NCBI GenBank assembly: GCA_964372445.1
Contig: CAYJQO010000001.1
Location: 1 to 53,674, forward strand
Source of the DNA: an uncultured Candidatus Saccharibacteria bacterium
GTDB lineage: Bacteria; Patescibacteriota; Minisyncoccia; UBA6257; GWB1-50-10
Reading direction: 5' to 3'
DNA: 53,674 nucleotides
The notes under the pieces were generated by a model. It had not been told where the DNA came from. It did not search any database and was given only the letters and a program-made list of their open reading frames with translations. The translations under genes and the position numbers were made by a program. Positions 34,602 to 43,834 of this stretch are shown here, in pieces (within the stretch, counting starts at the first letter, position 1; each line of letters begins with the position of its first letter).

Positions 34602-36500
34602 TTGTACGCTCACTCTACCGTGAGCAACTTCATTAACCTCCTTCGCGCAAGGAAAATACTCGCGTTCGGCATTGCCGACGCAGTTCTTTCCATGCTCGCG
34701 GTGTGGGCAGCGTTCCTTATCCGCTTCGAGGGTGCCGTACCAGAAACATACCGCCGCAACCTGTGGACGTACGCGGCGATCCTCGCGGCGCTGAACCTCT
34801 TCTTCCTCTGGCGGGGGCGGCTCTACGCCTTCACGTGGGCCTTCGTCAGCCTCTCGGAGCTCACCAAACTCCTCAAGGCGATCACCTACTCGAACGCGCT
34901 CTTCGCCATCGCGGCCCTCGCGCTCCGTGACCGCACCGAGCTCTTCGGCGGATTTCCCGGATCGGTCTTGGTCGTCAACTACGTGTTCAGCCTCCTCGCC
35001 ACCGGGGCAATTCGCATTGCCAAACGGGCACTGAACGAACTCGTCCCGCACCGCACCACTCCTGAAGCCGTGGAGACACTCATTGTGGGGGCGGGCGACG
35101 AGGGAGAGGCCTTGCTCCGGACGCTCCTCAAGGGAAGCGGGTACCGGCCCATCGGCATCGTGGACAACAGCCCAGCCAAGCAGAACTCCTCCATCCACGG
35201 CGTTCCCGTGTTGGGACCCATCAGCCGCATTCCCGCGATAGCGGCCGAGCAGCCGGTCCGCCAGGTCATCATTGCCCTCACCTCAGCGCAGGCGCAGACC
35301 ATCCGCGAGGCGGTCACGCTCACGCGCACCGCCGGCATCCCAAACGTGAAAATCGTTCCCGCCACCCACGAGCTCCTCTCGGGGGCGGCAAAGCTCACCG
35401 ACCTCCGAGAAATCCAGGTGGAGGACCTCCTAGGACGGAACCCGGCCAAGATCGACACCAAGCAGATTGCTTCCTTCATTAAGGATCGGGTGGTGATGGT
35501 CACCGGGGCAGCCGGTTCGATCGGCTCGGAGCTTGCCAGGCAATGTCTCACCTTCAGCCCACGCCGGCTCATCCTCCTCGACTTCAACGAGAGCGGCCTC
35601 TTTGACCTCCACGCGGAACTCTGCATGACGCAACCTTCCGCACGAGATCGCCTCGTGCCGATCGTTGCAAGCATCATCGACCGCCGCAAGGTAAACCATC
35701 TTGTGGAAGGTTACCGCCCCGATATCATCTTCCATGCCGCCGCGTACAAGCACGTGCCGCTCATGGAGGATTTTCCGGAGGAGGCGGTGGCCACTAACGT
35801 GTTCGGGACTCTGAACGTCGCCCGAGCGGCCTGTGCCCACGGGGTACCTAAGTTTGTCCTCATCTCCACCGACAAAGCTATCCGGCCCACCTCCGTCATG
35901 GGGAAAACCAAGCGTGCCGCAGAGATCGCCACCCAGGCCTTGAACGGAGCTGGGGCAACCCGATTCATCGCGGTGCGATTCGGCAACGTCATTGGCTCTC
36001 GGGGAAGCGTCATCCCGCTCTTCCAGGAACAGATCCGGCGCCGGGCGGCGATCACCGTCACCCACCCAGACATGACCCGCTACTTCATGACCATCCCCGA
36101 GGCGGCGCTCCTCGTCATGGAGGCAGGCGCGGTTGGCGCGGGTGGAGAAATCTTTATGCTCGACATGGGCATGCCGGTCAAGATTGACGACCTCGCGCGT
36201 GAAACCGTTCGGCTCGCCGGGTTGGTACCGGACGTTGATATCCCGATCGTCTACACCGGGGTGCGCTCTGGGGAAAAAATCTTTGAGGAGATCTTCAGCA
36301 ACGAAGAGCGACGCATCGGCGCAACGCAGTGGGATAAAATTTTCATAACGAAGGGTAATGAAGTGCCCCTGGCCACCGAGGTTACGGATAGGCTTGCCAG
36401 GTTAGAAGCGTCGCTCACCGCGGCACCTGGAGAGCTCCACGAGGCGCTGGACCAATTCGTCGGTTCACTCCCGGGAAAGACTTCGACGATCGAGGTGTAG
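34602..36500 (+). CDS. Membrane-bound NDP-sugar 4,6-dehydratase (CapD/PglF/WbpM-type)
   Basis: Four N-terminal TM segments, then an SDR domain with VTGAAGSIGSEL and YKHVP.. . TTG start at 34602; the exact start is uncertain. Confidence 0.9.
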   Translation: MYAHSTVSNFINLLRARKILAFGIADAVLSMLAVWAAFLIRFEGAVPETYRRNLWTYAAILAALNLFFLWRGRLYAFTWAFVSLSELTKLLKAITYSNALFAIAALALRDRTELFGGFPGSVLVVNYVFSLLATGAIRIAKRALNELVPHRTTPEAVETLIVGAGDEGEALLRTLLKGSGYRPIGIVDNSPAKQNSSIHGVPVLGPISRIPAIAAEQPVRQVIIALTSAQAQTIREAVTLTRTAGIPNVKIVPATHELLSGAAKLTDLREIQVEDLLGRNPAKIDTKQIASFIKDRVVMVTGAAGSIGSELARQCLTFSPRRLILLDFNESGLFDLHAELCMTQPSARDRLVPIVASIIDRRKVNHLVEGYRPDIIFHAAAYKHVPLMEDFPEEAVATNVFGTLNVARAACAHGVPKFVLISTDKAIRPTSVMGKTKRAAEIATQALNGAGATRFIAVRFGNVIGSRGSVIPLFQEQIRRRAAITVTHPDMTRYFMTIPEAALLVMEAGAVGAGGEIFMLDMGMPVKIDDLARETVRLAGLVPDVDIPIVYTGVRSGEKIFEEIFSNEERRIGATQWDKIFITKGNEVPLATEVTDRLARLEASLTAAPGELHEALDQFVGSLPGKTSTIEV

Positions 36501-36514
36501 GCCGTGCGGCGGCC

Positions 36515-38929
36515 CTAGAGCGTGTCAAGTATCTCCCAGTTCTGCTTCCTGGCGAGGTCAGTCAGCACATCCATTTGGTCGGCGAGCGACGGGTCGATGC
36601 GCTTCAAGGCCTCGGCGTGACGGATAACCCCGTCGGCATCGCGCAGGCTCCGATACACTATGATCGCGTCGTACCGGTAGTCCTTGTTCGTGGGGTGGAA
36701 CCAGGTCAAAACCTCAAGGAGATCCACCATTTTCTCTGGCTCCCCCAGCGTCCGGTACATCACGACCATGTTCTTGAGGTCACTCTCGAGGAACAGGTAG
36801 TACTGGGTGTTCGTGAGGTCACTCCCCTGGTAGGCCACGTCGCGGCCGAGCTCTTTCCGACCCCACTCCCGCGCAAGGTCAAGCTCTTGCTCCGCCTCGG
36901 CGCGGTAGGTCGCCTGCTCTGGTGTCCCCTGGTGCTGATCGGAGTCAGCGGCGAGGAGCAAGGCAACCCCAAGAAGGTAGTGCGCCTTGGCTGACCTCGG
37001 CTCGAGGGCAAGCGCCTGGCGCACCACCGCAATGGATTCTTCATGCTTTCCCTCTCCAGAGAGCGCAAACGAGAGCAGGTAGCGGAGCGCCTGCCGGTCC
37101 GGTGAGAGGGCGAGCGCCCGCCGCGCAAACGCTTCGGACCGAGGGAAAATGGACGGATCATCCTTGGCCCGCTCGTTGTACGCCTCGACGAGGCGGGTGA
37201 AGTTCCTCGGCTCATAGGGTTCACGATTCACCACCTCTTCAAGCGCATCGAGGGAACGGTTCACGAGCGGGTCAAACTTTTTGTTCGTGAGGAGGCCGCC
37301 GCTGTACATGAGCTCCACAAACTTCGCACGGATCTCCATCTGCGCAAAGTTGTACGGGGTGAGGAAGGTATCCGCCGCGGCGAAGATTCTTTGTCCGACA
37401 CGTGTTTTAATGGCAGCGCCGAACGCCGACGCCTGGTAGGCAGGTAGGTAGTTCCACGTGTAGAGCGAGTAGCCGATGGCGACGGCGACGAGTACCGCTG
37501 CCGGCGCGGCAACCCACCGGTAGCGCGTGGCGTGAGGCGCTGGGCCGCCGCTGTCCGGTGCCGACGAAGCCGCAGCGCCTTCCTCCGCTGCCACCACGAG
37601 ACCAAGCAGGGTAAAGAAGAGCACGTAGGAGGTAATCTGGTCGAAGAGGAACAGGTTCTGCACGAAGTGCGCCACCGTGACGGCGATCAGGATCGGCGCG
37701 GAGAGCGCTACGGCCGCACGGAGACCCGGCCCTGCGGCGGCAACGCCATCACGCGCGCGGCGTGCGAGCAGAGCGAGCGAGCGGAACAACGCAACGAACA
37801 TCCCCAGGAAGGCGAGGAGACCGAATACCCCCTGCGTCACGAGCACGTCAACGAGCCGGTTGTGCGCCCGGTCGAACCAGTCTTCGGCGAAGTACGAGTA
37901 GAGGGGATCGAAGTGCCGGTTGTAGGCGATGTTGAAGTTTTCCATGCCCCAGCCGAGGATCGGGCGCTCCTGCCATGCCGAGAAACCAACCTTGAGCGCG
38001 ATGAGGCGTGTCACCACGGAGGGATTCGTGAGGGACACACTGGTGAGACGTCCGAAGCCGGGCACCTTGAGCCAGAGCGGTGAGGCGCGCGTGAGCAAAA
38101 ACCCGACTACCAAAACCACGAGCCCGGCGAGGACTATGGCACCAGCGAGGCGCACCCGGCGGGCGCCGCGCCAAACCAGGTAGATGGCAAGGACAAGCGC
38201 CCCCGCAGCAAGCCCGATGATGGCACCACGAACTGCGGTTATAAAAATGGTGGCAACCGAGGCTCCAGCGGTCGCAAGCGACGCATACCACCAGAAGCTC
38301 CGCCGTGGTGAGCTCCAGTAAACAATCGCCGTGACTCCGAGGAGGAGAATGAGGTACTCCGCGAGGTAGGCAGGGTTCCCGGAGAACGATCCCGGCTGCG
38401 AGGCGGGGGCGAGCGCGAACGGAAACTTGGTCACCAGGAAGTACTGGAGCCAGGCGTAGAGTATAGAGACCCACCCAACCACGAGCGAAATTTTAAAGAA
38501 CCGCAGCCAGTCCTTCCCGGTAAAGAGGAGGAGCGCGAGCACGAGGAAGATAAGGTAGTGGATTACCCCGTAGAGCCCTTCTCCTCGCTCGAGGTCGCCG
38601 AAGAATGCCCGGTAGGCATTGGTGGCCAGGACGGAGGAGATGGCAGCGGAGACAAGGAAAAGCACGACGAACCTGAGGAGAAGGTTCTTGCTGAGCCGAC
38701 GGGGCGCGATACCGGGCAGGGCGCCCACCAAGGTCGCTCGGCCTCGGAGTGCCAGGGCAATATAGACGCTAAAGAGGAGGAGGGAGATCTCAAGAACGCT
38801 CCGGTAGAAAAGGGCTTTCGGGAACACAAAGGGTGCAAGGAAGAGCGAGCTGCTCGTCACGAGCGGCGTAGCGGCAAAGAGGAAGAGGAGTACCACTATG
38901 ACGGTACGCAAGCCGGAGAGCGGTTTCAT
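36515..38929 (-). CDS. O-antigen ligase-like (Wzy_C) membrane domain fused to a C-terminal TPR domain
   Basis: 804 aa. PILGWGMENF...FDRAHNRLVDVLVTQGVFG is the Wzy_C motif. The C-terminus has TPR-like repeats (ALALSPDRQALRYLL..., ALALEPRSAKAHYLLG). It is a paralog of 18576..19937 plus 18005..18589. Confidence 0.8.
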   Translation of the reverse strand: MKPLSGLRTVIVVLLFLFAATPLVTSSSLFLAPFVFPKALFYRSVLEISLLLFSVYIALALRGRATLVGALPGIAPRRLSKNLLLRFVVLFLVSAAISSVLATNAYRAFFGDLERGEGLYGVIHYLIFLVLALLLFTGKDWLRFFKISLVVGWVSILYAWLQYFLVTKFPFALAPASQPGSFSGNPAYLAEYLILLLGVTAIVYWSSPRRSFWWYASLATAGASVATIFITAVRGAIIGLAAGALVLAIYLVWRGARRVRLAGAIVLAGLVVLVVGFLLTRASPLWLKVPGFGRLTSVSLTNPSVVTRLIALKVGFSAWQERPILGWGMENFNIAYNRHFDPLYSYFAEDWFDRAHNRLVDVLVTQGVFGLLAFLGMFVALFRSLALLARRARDGVAAAGPGLRAAVALSAPILIAVTVAHFVQNLFLFDQITSYVLFFTLLGLVVAAEEGAAASSAPDSGGPAPHATRYRWVAAPAAVLVAVAIGYSLYTWNYLPAYQASAFGAAIKTRVGQRIFAAADTFLTPYNFAQMEIRAKFVELMYSGGLLTNKKFDPLVNRSLDALEEVVNREPYEPRNFTRLVEAYNERAKDDPSIFPRSEAFARRALALSPDRQALRYLLSFALSGEGKHEESIAVVRQALALEPRSAKAHYLLGVALLLAADSDQHQGTPEQATYRAEAEQELDLAREWGRKELGRDVAYQGSDLTNTQYYLFLESDLKNMVVMYRTLGEPEKMVDLLEVLTWFHPTNKDYRYDAIIVYRSLRDADGVIRHAEALKRIDPSLADQMDVLTDLARKQNWEILDTL

Positions 38930-39000
38930 GATGGATAAGCCAGTAGCCTACTCAATGGTAGAAGATTCCTCACCCATCCACAACGGAGAGCCCTGGGACA

Positions 39001-39034
39001 GCAAAAACAAAGCCCCGCCCGAAGGCGGGGCTTT
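39001..39034 (-). terminator. Intrinsic terminator downstream of the surface-protein gene
   Basis: 11-bp stem AAAGCCCCGCC/GGCGGGGCTTT with loop CGAA, followed on the minus strand by TTGTTTTTGC. Confidence 0.75.
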
Positions 39035-39052
39035 GCTAGCTCTCAAGGAATG

Positions 39053-42000
39053 CTAGTTCTGACGAGTGAAGATGTCAGACGGGTAGGTATCCACGTAGAC
39101 ACCGTTCGCCCAGTCGGCTGTCGTCAACGCGTGTGCCGTTGCCGAGTTGTCGGACCAGACGAAACCAGAGTCAGCGTCGTCAACCACCGCGTCGCCACCA
39201 GCGCTGCCGGTGGCTCTCGCCGTTGCATACGCTACACCCTTCGTGATCGAAGCCGTGGAGGTGTCCTGTCGGAGCACCAACTGCGTCGAAACCGACGAGT
39301 TGCTCCCCGGGGCGATCACGCTGCCGGTAATCTTGTACTCCCTCGAGGCACCCGCAGGAATGACTTCCTCGGTGCCGAGGTAGAACGTGTAGTTACCAGC
39401 CGTTGGGGCGCCTGCCGTCGCGGTCGTCGTGATCGTGAGGTTTACGCTGTTCGTCATGTCGCGGAGCGTAAAGGTTGCAGCCGGGTCAAATGCACCGCTT
39501 ACCTTGAACAACGGTACCGTTGCCGCTGCCGCGCTCACATTGAAGCTCACGACGTTCCACGAGATCTGCTCGTTCGAGCTCTTGTTCGTCACGGTGAACT
39601 TGATGAGGTCGTTCGAGCCATTCGTCAAGACCGTGCCGCCAGGCGAGGCCACGGTAATCCCTGGGTAGGTCTTGTAGAGAACCTTCAGGTTACCCTTGGC
39701 GCCACCGGCCGAGCCGACATCGTAGATCGTGGAGGCAGAACCGGTCGCCTCGAAGCCATCAGCGGCTACGGCTCCGTCCTTGAAGTGGACGTAGACCGAG
39801 CGGCCAGAGGTCGCGCCGCTTGCGATCGTGTTCGTGTCCGCCTTCACCGTCAGGGTCTTCGTGCCGTCCTTCGGGACCACCAAGCCGAGGTCTTCAATCA
39901 CGACATCCCCCGCTGCCGAACCCGAGCCGATGGGGGTGTACCCAGCGGTTGAGCCGATCTGCGTCGAGCCGTCGTAGAGGTAGACCTTCGTCACCTCCGC
40001 GGTTGAGGTCGCCGAGGCTGCGGTCGAGGAATCGTTGTTGACCAAGAGTTTCATTTTCTTGATCGTCAGAGCCTCGTTGGCCGCGGTGATGCGGAACTTG
40101 CCGAGGACCGTCTTCGAGGCACTCGTCGTTATGATCCCGGCCTTGCTCTCGACGTCGTCCGGCGCCGTCGCAATCGTGATCGTGCCGGCCGAGAGAACGG
40201 TGATCACCCGATCGGCAAGCATGTTCAACCCGGGGCCGTTGAATGAGCTGGTGTAGGTCGGCTCGTTGCCTTCCGAGTCAACCGCCACGATATCGCTCCC
40301 CGCCGTGTTCGAGGTCGTCGCCACACGGATACCGATCGAGTACGTGTTGTTGCTTGTCGCTGAGACCGAGAGGTTGCCCTTCAGGACAAGGGTCTTGCTC
40401 TGGCCCTTCGCGATCACGAAGCTTAGGTTCGAGAACGTGGCATCCGCACTAGAGGCGTTAAACGTGGCCAGCGACTTAATGTCGGAGATCCGCGTGTCGC
40501 CGTCGTAGAGCGCGAAGTTCTGGAGGTCCGCAATCGCCATGGCATCGGTCTGGCCCGTTGAAGCCGACGTTGAGGTGACCTTGATCGTGGTCACCTTGAT
40601 GTCGTCCGCGATGGCCCGGAGCCCGATACCCACGAAGGGCACCGCCTGCGTCCCCTTCACGAAGCTCTGCGAGGCCGGGTTACCAGCCAAGCTAAGCTCG
40701 AGGGTCGGCGCCTTCACGGTCTGGGTGTTGCCCTGGAGGGCCGTCGAAGGCGTGATCTCTGCCGCCACCAGGAACTGGTTGTTATCCAAGTTCTTGACGT
40801 CAGCGCTCGCCGCAAACGCGGTGAGGGTGACGCGGATGGCGTCGCTGTTGTCCCAGTCGGTCGGGATGTCCGCGGTCATCTTGAACGTCCGGGTCTGGCC
40901 CGCGTTCACGTTGAAGATGTCCGTGAAGTTCACCCCGGTGACCGCATCAATGTTCGCGATCGTCACGTCCGAGGGACCCGCGACGGTTACCCCCGTCGCC
41001 TCATCCACCACCTTGAAGTCGGTGAGCTGGCTGTCGCCGATGAGCGATCCAGCGGTCGTCGCGATCGAGGCGTGGAGCTTCCTGACCTCAACGTTGTTCG
41101 CGGCAGCCATCGAGAAGCGGTAGAGGACCTGGTCCTTGCCGTTCTTCTTAATGTCGCCCGTGTTGGGGCCGAGGAAAGTCGTGGTTAGGGTCGCGCCCTG
41201 GATGGTGAGGACGTGGTGGTTCGCAGCGGTCGAGTCCATGGTCTTCGTGACCGTGGCACCCTGGCCGTACTGCTGCCCCACGCCGTAGACGTCGTTCGCC
41301 TCATCGATGTAGAGGGCGATCGTGTCGTTGCGCTTCGCCGCCCCACCGATGCTAGCCAGGACCTTGAAGTCCTTGCTGTCACCCTTGAGGATGGTCACGG
41401 GGCTCGCGAGGTCGAAGACAATGAGATCCTTCGCGTTCACCCCGGAGGCGGTCGCGAGCGTGTTGCCCGCGAGGTCCTGCAAGACGAAGGTTGTGAGGTT
41501 CGACTTGGAGGTTGTGCCACCCGAGAACATCGCAATGCGTGAGATTTTAATGTCCTCGTTCGCGGTGGTGAGCTTGAACTGCGAAACCGCGGCGCCCGGC
41601 TGCCCGATGTTCGGGTTGCCAAGGCTCCCAGACTTCGCAATCGTGAGCGTTCCGGATGTGGCCGCAGAGACGGTCATCTCCTTACCCGTGACCGGGAGGC
41701 CGGTGACTGCCACGTCGGCATTCACCGCCGTCACCGAGAAGGCGTTCCGGCCAGCCGCTCCCGCGCCAGCCGCCATATCCGCGATCACCGAGAGCATCTT
41801 CACGCCGCTCACCGCCAGGTTCAACCCGGTAAAGGTCGCCTCGTGCGATGAGGTGTTGACCGATCGGCCGGAAGTCAAACGGACCGGGCCGTCGTAGAGG
41901 TAGACGTTCGAGAAATCGGTCGCCTGACCGGCACCGACGCGCTTGACCGTCACCGTGTTCACGGTACCGCTCCCCGCCAAGTTGAACTTGGTGTAGGTAA

Positions 42001-42556
42001 CGTTCCCGGCACCCTTCGGAACGGCGTTCTCACCGGGCGTGTCCGAGGCAAGGCTCGCCGCGAGACCGGTCGCTGGGATCGGTACGGGCGAGGGCCCTGG
42101 CCCGGGCGCTGGTGACATTGCCGCAATGGCCGCGCGCGTCTTCGGTCCGAAGTAGCCAACGGCGGGAGAAATGCCATTCGCCGCCTGCCACTTCGCGAGA
42201 GCCGCTGCCGTCTTGGAGCCAAAGTAGGTTGACTCGCTGCCAGGCGATCCGGGGCCGCTCGCGGCTACCGGGTAGCCCTTGGCGTTAAGCCACTGCTGGA
42301 GGGCTTTCACCTCCGCCCCCTTGCTACCCAATGTGAGGTTTTGGGTGAACGTGGTGGCTGGGGCTGGGCTGCCCTGCGCAACAGAGAGCTGTGCCTGGAG
42401 CGACTGGATCATGGTGAGGAGCTGCGCGATCTGCGCCTGGAGCTCCTCGGTCGTTGCAGCCGAAGCTGCTGGAATAATCATGGTAGCACCGGAGAGCCAC
42501 ACCGCCATGGTGACGGAGAGCCCCACCGATGCAATTTTTCTTGCTACGGTATTCAT
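39053..42556 (-). CDS. Large secreted cell-surface protein: signal peptide, coiled-coil, peptidoglycan-binding domain, then tandem beta-rich repeat domains (S-layer-like)
   Basis: 1167 aa. Signal peptide ends ...AASA|ATTEE. PG_binding_1-like segment: LGSKGAEVKALQQWLNAKGY...GSKTAAALAKWQAANG. After that come about 7-8 divergent ~120-130-aa modules sharing the pattern V.L.KF.LTA..E...I..I, YLYDG, F..L...I.KG..K.L.VK. Confidence 0.85.
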   Translation of the reverse strand: MNTVARKIASVGLSVTMAVWLSGATMIIPAASAATTEELQAQIAQLLTMIQSLQAQLSVAQGSPAPATTFTQNLTLGSKGAEVKALQQWLNAKGYPVAASGPGSPGSESTYFGSKTAAALAKWQAANGISPAVGYFGPKTRAAIAAMSPAPGPGPSPVPIPATGLAASLASDTPGENAVPKGAGNVTYTKFNLAGSGTVNTVTVKRVGAGQATDFSNVYLYDGPVRLTSGRSVNTSSHEATFTGLNLAVSGVKMLSVIADMAAGAGAAGRNAFSVTAVNADVAVTGLPVTGKEMTVSAATSGTLTIAKSGSLGNPNIGQPGAAVSQFKLTTANEDIKISRIAMFSGGTTSKSNLTTFVLQDLAGNTLATASGVNAKDLIVFDLASPVTILKGDSKDFKVLASIGGAAKRNDTIALYIDEANDVYGVGQQYGQGATVTKTMDSTAANHHVLTIQGATLTTTFLGPNTGDIKKNGKDQVLYRFSMAAANNVEVRKLHASIATTAGSLIGDSQLTDFKVVDEATGVTVAGPSDVTIANIDAVTGVNFTDIFNVNAGQTRTFKMTADIPTDWDNSDAIRVTLTAFAASADVKNLDNNQFLVAAEITPSTALQGNTQTVKAPTLELSLAGNPASQSFVKGTQAVPFVGIGLRAIADDIKVTTIKVTSTSASTGQTDAMAIADLQNFALYDGDTRISDIKSLATFNASSADATFSNLSFVIAKGQSKTLVLKGNLSVSATSNNTYSIGIRVATTSNTAGSDIVAVDSEGNEPTYTSSFNGPGLNMLADRVITVLSAGTITIATAPDDVESKAGIITTSASKTVLGKFRITAANEALTIKKMKLLVNNDSSTAASATSTAEVTKVYLYDGSTQIGSTAGYTPIGSGSAAGDVVIEDLGLVVPKDGTKTLTVKADTNTIASGATSGRSVYVHFKDGAVAADGFEATGSASTIYDVGSAGGAKGNLKVLYKTYPGITVASPGGTVLTNGSNDLIKFTVTNKSSNEQISWNVVSFNVSAAAATVPLFKVSGAFDPAATFTLRDMTNSVNLTITTTATAGAPTAGNYTFYLGTEEVIPAGASREYKITGSVIAPGSNSSVSTQLVLRQDTSTASITKGVAYATARATGSAGGDAVVDDADSGFVWSDNSATAHALTTADWANGVYVDTYPSDIFTRQN

Positions 42557-42782
42557 TTATGTTGTTTTTATTTTTCGACTTTCTTTTCTATTACTGTGCT
42601 GTTCGATCCAACAGCATACTGTGGATCGTCGACCTTTCTCTGTGTCAGGGGCACTGCACTTCGCTCGACCTAACCGCTCACCTTCCAAGTCCCGCAGTGG
42701 AGCGGGAGCTCGCCGCTTCTGGTGAGGATCGGCGGGAGGGCAAGTGGCGGAAAGTGCAAAGAACAGTGTTCGATATTGAATG

Positions 42783-42925
42783 AAAAAGCTCGCTGGTGGA
42801 GCGAGGCATGGGGCACACCGGAACCTGGCACCGGCGACGGATAGCAAGCGGCTCACGCCGCCAGGGTTTCCGGTCGCCCGTAGCTGGTTCGCGAAGTAGC
42901 TCAGCCTCACCCCAAGCTAACTTCC
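42783..42925 (-). ncRNA. Candidate structured leader/small RNA ending in an intrinsic terminator (class unknown)
   Basis: On the minus strand there is a promoter-like TTAAGA-N18-TATACT (42960-42931). This is followed by a GNRA-capped hairpin GGCGGC-GUGA-GCCGCU (42847-42862), nested inside a GGCGAC/GUCGCC helix (42873-42878 / 42833-42838). It ends in CUCGCU-CCACC-AGCGAG plus UUUUU (42783-42806). No convincing ORF. Confidence 0.3.
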
Positions 42926-43060
42926 CGAGTAGTATAGCAAAACACTAGCTTCTTTCTTAAGGTCCTACCTGTGGATAACTCCCCTGTCAGCGAAGCTTCC
43001 TTTATAGAACGACCATGTGCGATGTGCGTTACGTCCGACCCTTTGGTATCCCTAAACCGG

Positions 43061-43834
43061 CTACACCGACCAACGCGAGGCGGCAAAAATGAGCATGGTG
43101 AGGACCACGAGGACGGTGAGGGATCGGAGGACACCGGTGAGGTCAAGCGTGCCCCGAAAGTGCGCGACGAGGCTGTCACGGGCGAGGAAGCTGAAGAGCG
43201 TAAGGAACGCTGCGGTGTTGATGGGCCCGAGCGGGAGGAACGTGAGTACGAGCTGGAGCTCTGCGGCCGCAAGGCCAGCAGCGGCGGCCGCAACCCAGGT
43301 GCGCCGGCCGGGGGGCGCCCCGGCAGAGAGGAACGCTTCGCGGAGGAGGAGCGTCACCGACACGAAGACGGCAAGCGCGGCGAGCGGTGAAGGTACAGCA
43401 GGGCCGTGGGATCCAACCGCCTCTACGGTCAAGAGCCAAGTGAACATGATAACGGTGCCGAGCACCGCGTAGCTGATCGGCTGGTGGCCGGCGGGCGCCT
43501 GGCCCGAGCGCAGGATGGCAATGAGTACGGCACCGGTGGTAAGCGTTGCGACGAGCGCAACGGGGAGGGCGCCGAGTGCCTCCATCGGCGCATGTCCGAT
43601 GAGGTACGCCCCAGCCGCACTCGAGAGCGCGAAGAGCCAGTAGGAAACGGCTATGGAGCGCCGGTGCGGCAGCTCTACAAAAAACGTCACGAAGAGCGCG
43701 CCCAGGAGGACGACCACCCACCACGCGAAGCCGTACCGCGTGGCGAGGGCGAGCGCGGCGAGCAGGAGTAGGGCTCTAGACGGAGATCTCCACTCGATGT
43801 TCCTTGCTAAGCGAAACGTGAACCTTCTTTCCAT
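43061..43834 (-). CDS. Polytopic membrane protein, unknown function
   Basis: Several hydrophobic helices. Both candidate ATG starts (43834, 43873) overlap the clpB 3' end by 59-98 nt in another frame, so the start and even the reality of the gene are uncertain. Confidence 0.5.
   Translation of the reverse strand: MERRFTFRLARNIEWRSPSRALLLLAALALATRYGFAWWVVVLLGALFVTFFVELPHRRSIAVSYWLFALSSAAGAYLIGHAPMEALGALPVALVATLTTGAVLIAILRSGQAPAGHQPISYAVLGTVIMFTWLLTVEAVGSHGPAVPSPLAALAVFVSVTLLLREAFLSAGAPPGRRTWVAAAAAGLAAAELQLVLTFLPLGPINTAAFLTLFSFLARDSLVAHFRGTLDLTGVLRSLTVLVVLTMLIFAASRWSV

Noticed and set aside
34599-36073. Minus-strand ORFs of 199-236 aa
   Set aside because: Antisense to the PglF-like dehydratase gene. 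Low-complexity Arg/Glu/Gly content.
39050-41897. Plus-strand ORFs of 190-300 aa (39050..39952, 40539..41123, 41322..41897)
   Set aside because: They are antisense to the 1167-aa surface-protein gene. Their Arg/Val/Gly-rich composition carries no motifs. The minus frame has a signal peptide, a PG-binding domain and repeats.
42557-42910. 117-aa minus-strand ORF in the region upstream of the surface-protein gene
   Set aside because: It has no start context and a Pro/Arg/Cys-rich nonsense-like sequence, and it spans an intrinsic terminator. The region is better explained as non-coding RNA or leader.
42783-42925. Assigning the candidate RNA to SRP RNA, a TPP riboswitch or a cobalamin riboswitch
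   Set aside because: Only fragmentary resemblances were seen (GGGGUG...GCUGAG, CCGGAA, GCCAGG..CCGG). The SRP GGAA-closed helix 8, the TPP CUGAGA/ACCUGAUCUGG elements and the B12 box plus CCCGCAACUG element are all absent.
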